This document shows positions 6,595-8,331 of a DNA stretch of 8,331 bases, in pieces; position 1 is the first letter of the stretch, and the number at the start of each line of letters is the position of its first letter. The DNA comes from a virus. Its lineage: Duplodnaviria > Heunggongvirae > Uroviricota > Caudoviricetes. The DNA lies in IMG/VR virus record IMGVR_UViG_2603880147_000004; one strand, 5' to 3'. Position numbers and translations under genes: made by a program. The notes beneath the pieces are model-generated. The model had not been told where the DNA came from. It saw only the letters and a list, made by a program, of their open reading frames with translations, and did not search any database.

Positions 6595-8331
6595 ATGGCA
6601 GTACGGATTTCAGGTGTACTGAAAGATGGCGCAGGTAAGCCGATACAAAACTGCACCATTCAGCTAAAGGCCAGGCGCAACAGCACCACGGTGGTGGTGA
6701 ACACAGTGGCCTCAGAAAACCCGGATGAAGCCGGGCGTTACACAATGGACGTCGAGTATGGTCAGTACAGCGTCAGTCTGTTGGTGGAGGGATTCCCGCC
6801 GTCACACGCCGGGATTATCACCGTATATGAGGACTCAAAGCCGGGCACACTGAATGATTTCCTCGGTGCAATGACGGAGGATGATGTCCGGCCAGAGGCA
6901 CTGCGCCGTTTTGAACTGATGGTGGAAGAGGTGGCGCGTAACGCGTCCGCAGTGGCACAGAACACGGCAGCCGCGAAGAAGTCAGCCAGCGATGCCCGCA
7001 CCTCAGCCCGGGATGCGGCGGCCTCAAAAGAGGCAGCGAAATCATCAGAAACGAACGCATCATCAAGCGCCAGTAGTGCCGCTTCCTCGGCAACGGCGGC
7101 AGGAAATTCCGCGAAGGCGGCAAAGACGTCCGAGACGAACGCCAGGTCTTCTGAAACGGCAGCGGGACAGAGTGCCTCAGCTGCGGCAGGCTCAAAAACA
7201 GCGGCTGCATCATCAGCCAGTGCCGCGTCAACAAGTGCCGGGCAGGCCTCAGCCAGTGCCACCGCTGCCGGAAAGTCGGCAGAAAGTGCTGCATCGTCTG
7301 CTTCAACAGCCACAACGAATGCTGGCGAAGCCGCTGTACAGGCCAGCGCAGCAGCGAGGTCAGCTTCCGCAGCGAAGACATCCGAAACGAACGCGAAAGC
7401 GTCGGAAACCAGCGCAGAATCCTCAAAAACGGCTGCCGCATCGTCCGCCAGTTCGGCGGCGTCATCGGCATCATCTGCGTCTGCTTCAAAAGATGAGGCG
7501 ACCAGACAGGCGTCAGCAGCGAGGGGCAGCGCCACGACGGCATCCACGAAGGCGACAGAGGCTGCTGGCAGTGCGGCAGCGGCAGCACAGAGCAAAAGTA
7601 CGGCAGAATCCGCAGCAACGCGCGCTGAGACAGCGGCAAAACGTGCAGAGGATATTGCATCCGCCGTGGCGCTTGAGGATGCGAGCACGACGAAAAAGGG
7701 GGTAGTACAGCTCAGCAGTGCGACCAACAGCACTTCCGAGTCACAGGCGGCAACGCCAAAAGCCGTTAAGGCCGCGTATGACCTGGCTAACGGGAAATAC
7801 ACCGCACAGGATGCAACGACAGGACAGAAAGGGATAGTTCAGCTCAGCAGTGCGACTAACAGCACTTCCGAGTCACAGGCGGCAACGCCAAAAGCCGTTA
7901 AGGCCGCGTATGACCTGGCTAACGGGAAATACACCGCACAGGATGCAACGACAGGACAGAAAGGGATAGTTCAGCTCAGCAGTGCGACTAACAGCACTTC
8001 CGAGTCACAGGCGGCAACGCCAAAAGCCGTTAAGGCCGCGTATGACCTGGCTAACGGGAAATACACCGCACAGGACGCTACGACAGCACAAAAAGGAATT
8101 GTCCAGCTCAGTAGTGCAACCAACAGCACATCTGAAACGCTTGCTGCGACACCGAAAGCAGTGAAAGCAGCTAATGACAATGCGAATGGTCGGGTACCTT
8201 CTGCCCGTAAGGTGAATGGTAAGGCGCTTTCAGCGGATATAACACTGACGCCGAAAGATATCGGTACGCTTAACTCAACAACAATGTCATTCAGCGGTGG
8301 TGCTGGTTGGTTCAAATTAGCAACGGTAACC
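6595..8331 (+). CDS. stf: Side tail fibre protein Stf, 5' partial (open to the window end, 579 codons, no stop)
   Basis: I translated frame 1 by hand from ATG 6595 to 8331 and found no stop. The ORF track omits it, presumably because it has no stop in the window. N-terminus MAVRISGVLKDGAGKPIQNCTIQLKARRNSTTVVVNTVASENPDEAGRYTMDVEYGQYSVSLLVEGFPPSHAGIITVYEDSKPGTLNDFL resembles lambda Stf as I recall it. An Ala/Ser/Thr-rich low-complexity region follows, then repeated KGIVQLSSATNSTSE..AATPKAVK tail-fibre motifs. G-rich SD-like run at 6585-6590. Confidence 0.9.
   Translation, partial: MAVRISGVLKDGAGKPIQNCTIQLKARRNSTTVVVNTVASENPDEAGRYTMDVEYGQYSVSLLVEGFPPSHAGIITVYEDSKPGTLNDFLGAMTEDDVRPEALRRFELMVEEVARNASAVAQNTAAAKKSASDARTSARDAAASKEAAKSSETNASSSASSAASSATAAGNSAKAAKTSETNARSSETAAGQSASAAAGSKTAAASSASAASTSAGQASASATAAGKSAESAASSASTATTNAGEAAVQASAAARSASAAKTSETNAKASETSAESSKTAAASSASSAASSASSASASKDEATRQASAARGSATTASTKATEAAGSAAAAAQSKSTAESAATRAETAAKRAEDIASAVALEDASTTKKGVVQLSSATNSTSESQAATPKAVKAAYDLANGKYTAQDATTGQKGIVQLSSATNSTSESQAATPKAVKAAYDLANGKYTAQDATTGQKGIVQLSSATNSTSESQAATPKAVKAAYDLANGKYTAQDATTAQKGIVQLSSATNSTSETLAATPKAVKAANDNANGRVPSARKVNGKALSADITLTPKDIGTLNSTTMSFSGGAGWFKLATVT
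7699..8193 (+). repeat. In-frame tandem repeat inside stf: three 132-bp (44-codon) units plus a degenerate partial fourth
   Basis: Units 7699-7830, 7831-7962 and 7963-8094 are almost identical at the nucleotide level. Units 2 and 3 differ only in their last ~24 nt; unit 1 differs at a few positions near its 5' end. Each encodes G(V/I)VQLSSATNSTSESQAATPKAVKAAYDLANGKYTAQDATT(G/A)QK. A diverged copy follows at 8095 to about 8193 (GIVQLSSATNSTSETLAATPKAVKAANDNANGR). Confidence 0.9.

Noticed and set aside
6762-7802. 346- and 280-codon minus-strand ORFs and a 237-codon plus-strand ORF (6992-7705) over the stf low-complexity region
   Set aside because: The real gene is stf in plus frame 1 (6595 to window end). 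The others are Ala-rich or Arg/Pro/Gln-rich readings of the same repetitive GC-rich DNA.
1-8331. Possibility that the window is bacteriophage lambda itself or a lambda cloning vector carrying engineered amber mutations
   Set aside because: The distal J region, the Lom protein and the stf repeat structure all differ substantially from lambda as I recall it. A related lambdoid phage or prophage is more consistent.
1-8331. CRISPR arrays, tRNA or other RNA genes, integrase or transposase genes, toxin-antitoxin or defence-system genes
   Set aside because: The only repeats are the in-frame coding repeats in stf. Essentially the whole window is accounted for by the M-L-K-I-J-lom-stf genes and short terminator-bearing spacers, leaving no unexplained ORF that could be a novel system.

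Overview
This window is the tail-tip / host-range module of a lambda-like (lambdoid) siphovirus or prophage of an enterobacterial host, in lambda gene order on the + strand: 3' end of M, then L, K, I, J, a lom-like outer-membrane moron, and the 5' part of the side tail fibre gene stf, which runs off the window end. All identifications come from reading the translations and comparing them with lambda proteins from memory; no database search was run. It is not lambda itself: the C-terminal third of J, the Lom homologue and the stf repeat region all differ from lambda as I recall it. The main observations are (1) three apparently independent small lesions in otherwise conserved genes: a probable 1-bp deletion in M, an in-frame TAG in I, and a frameshift about 20 codons into J, while L, K, lom and stf stay open; (2) a mosaic, lower-GC receptor-binding end of J; (3) a lom cassette bracketed by two clean intrinsic terminators; (4) a nearly perfect 132-bp tandem triplication inside stf. 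I found no CRISPR array, tRNA, integrase or transposase, and no ORF that I could support as a novel defence or other undescribed system. The long minus-strand ORFs in the track look like antisense artefacts of GC-rich coding sequence.
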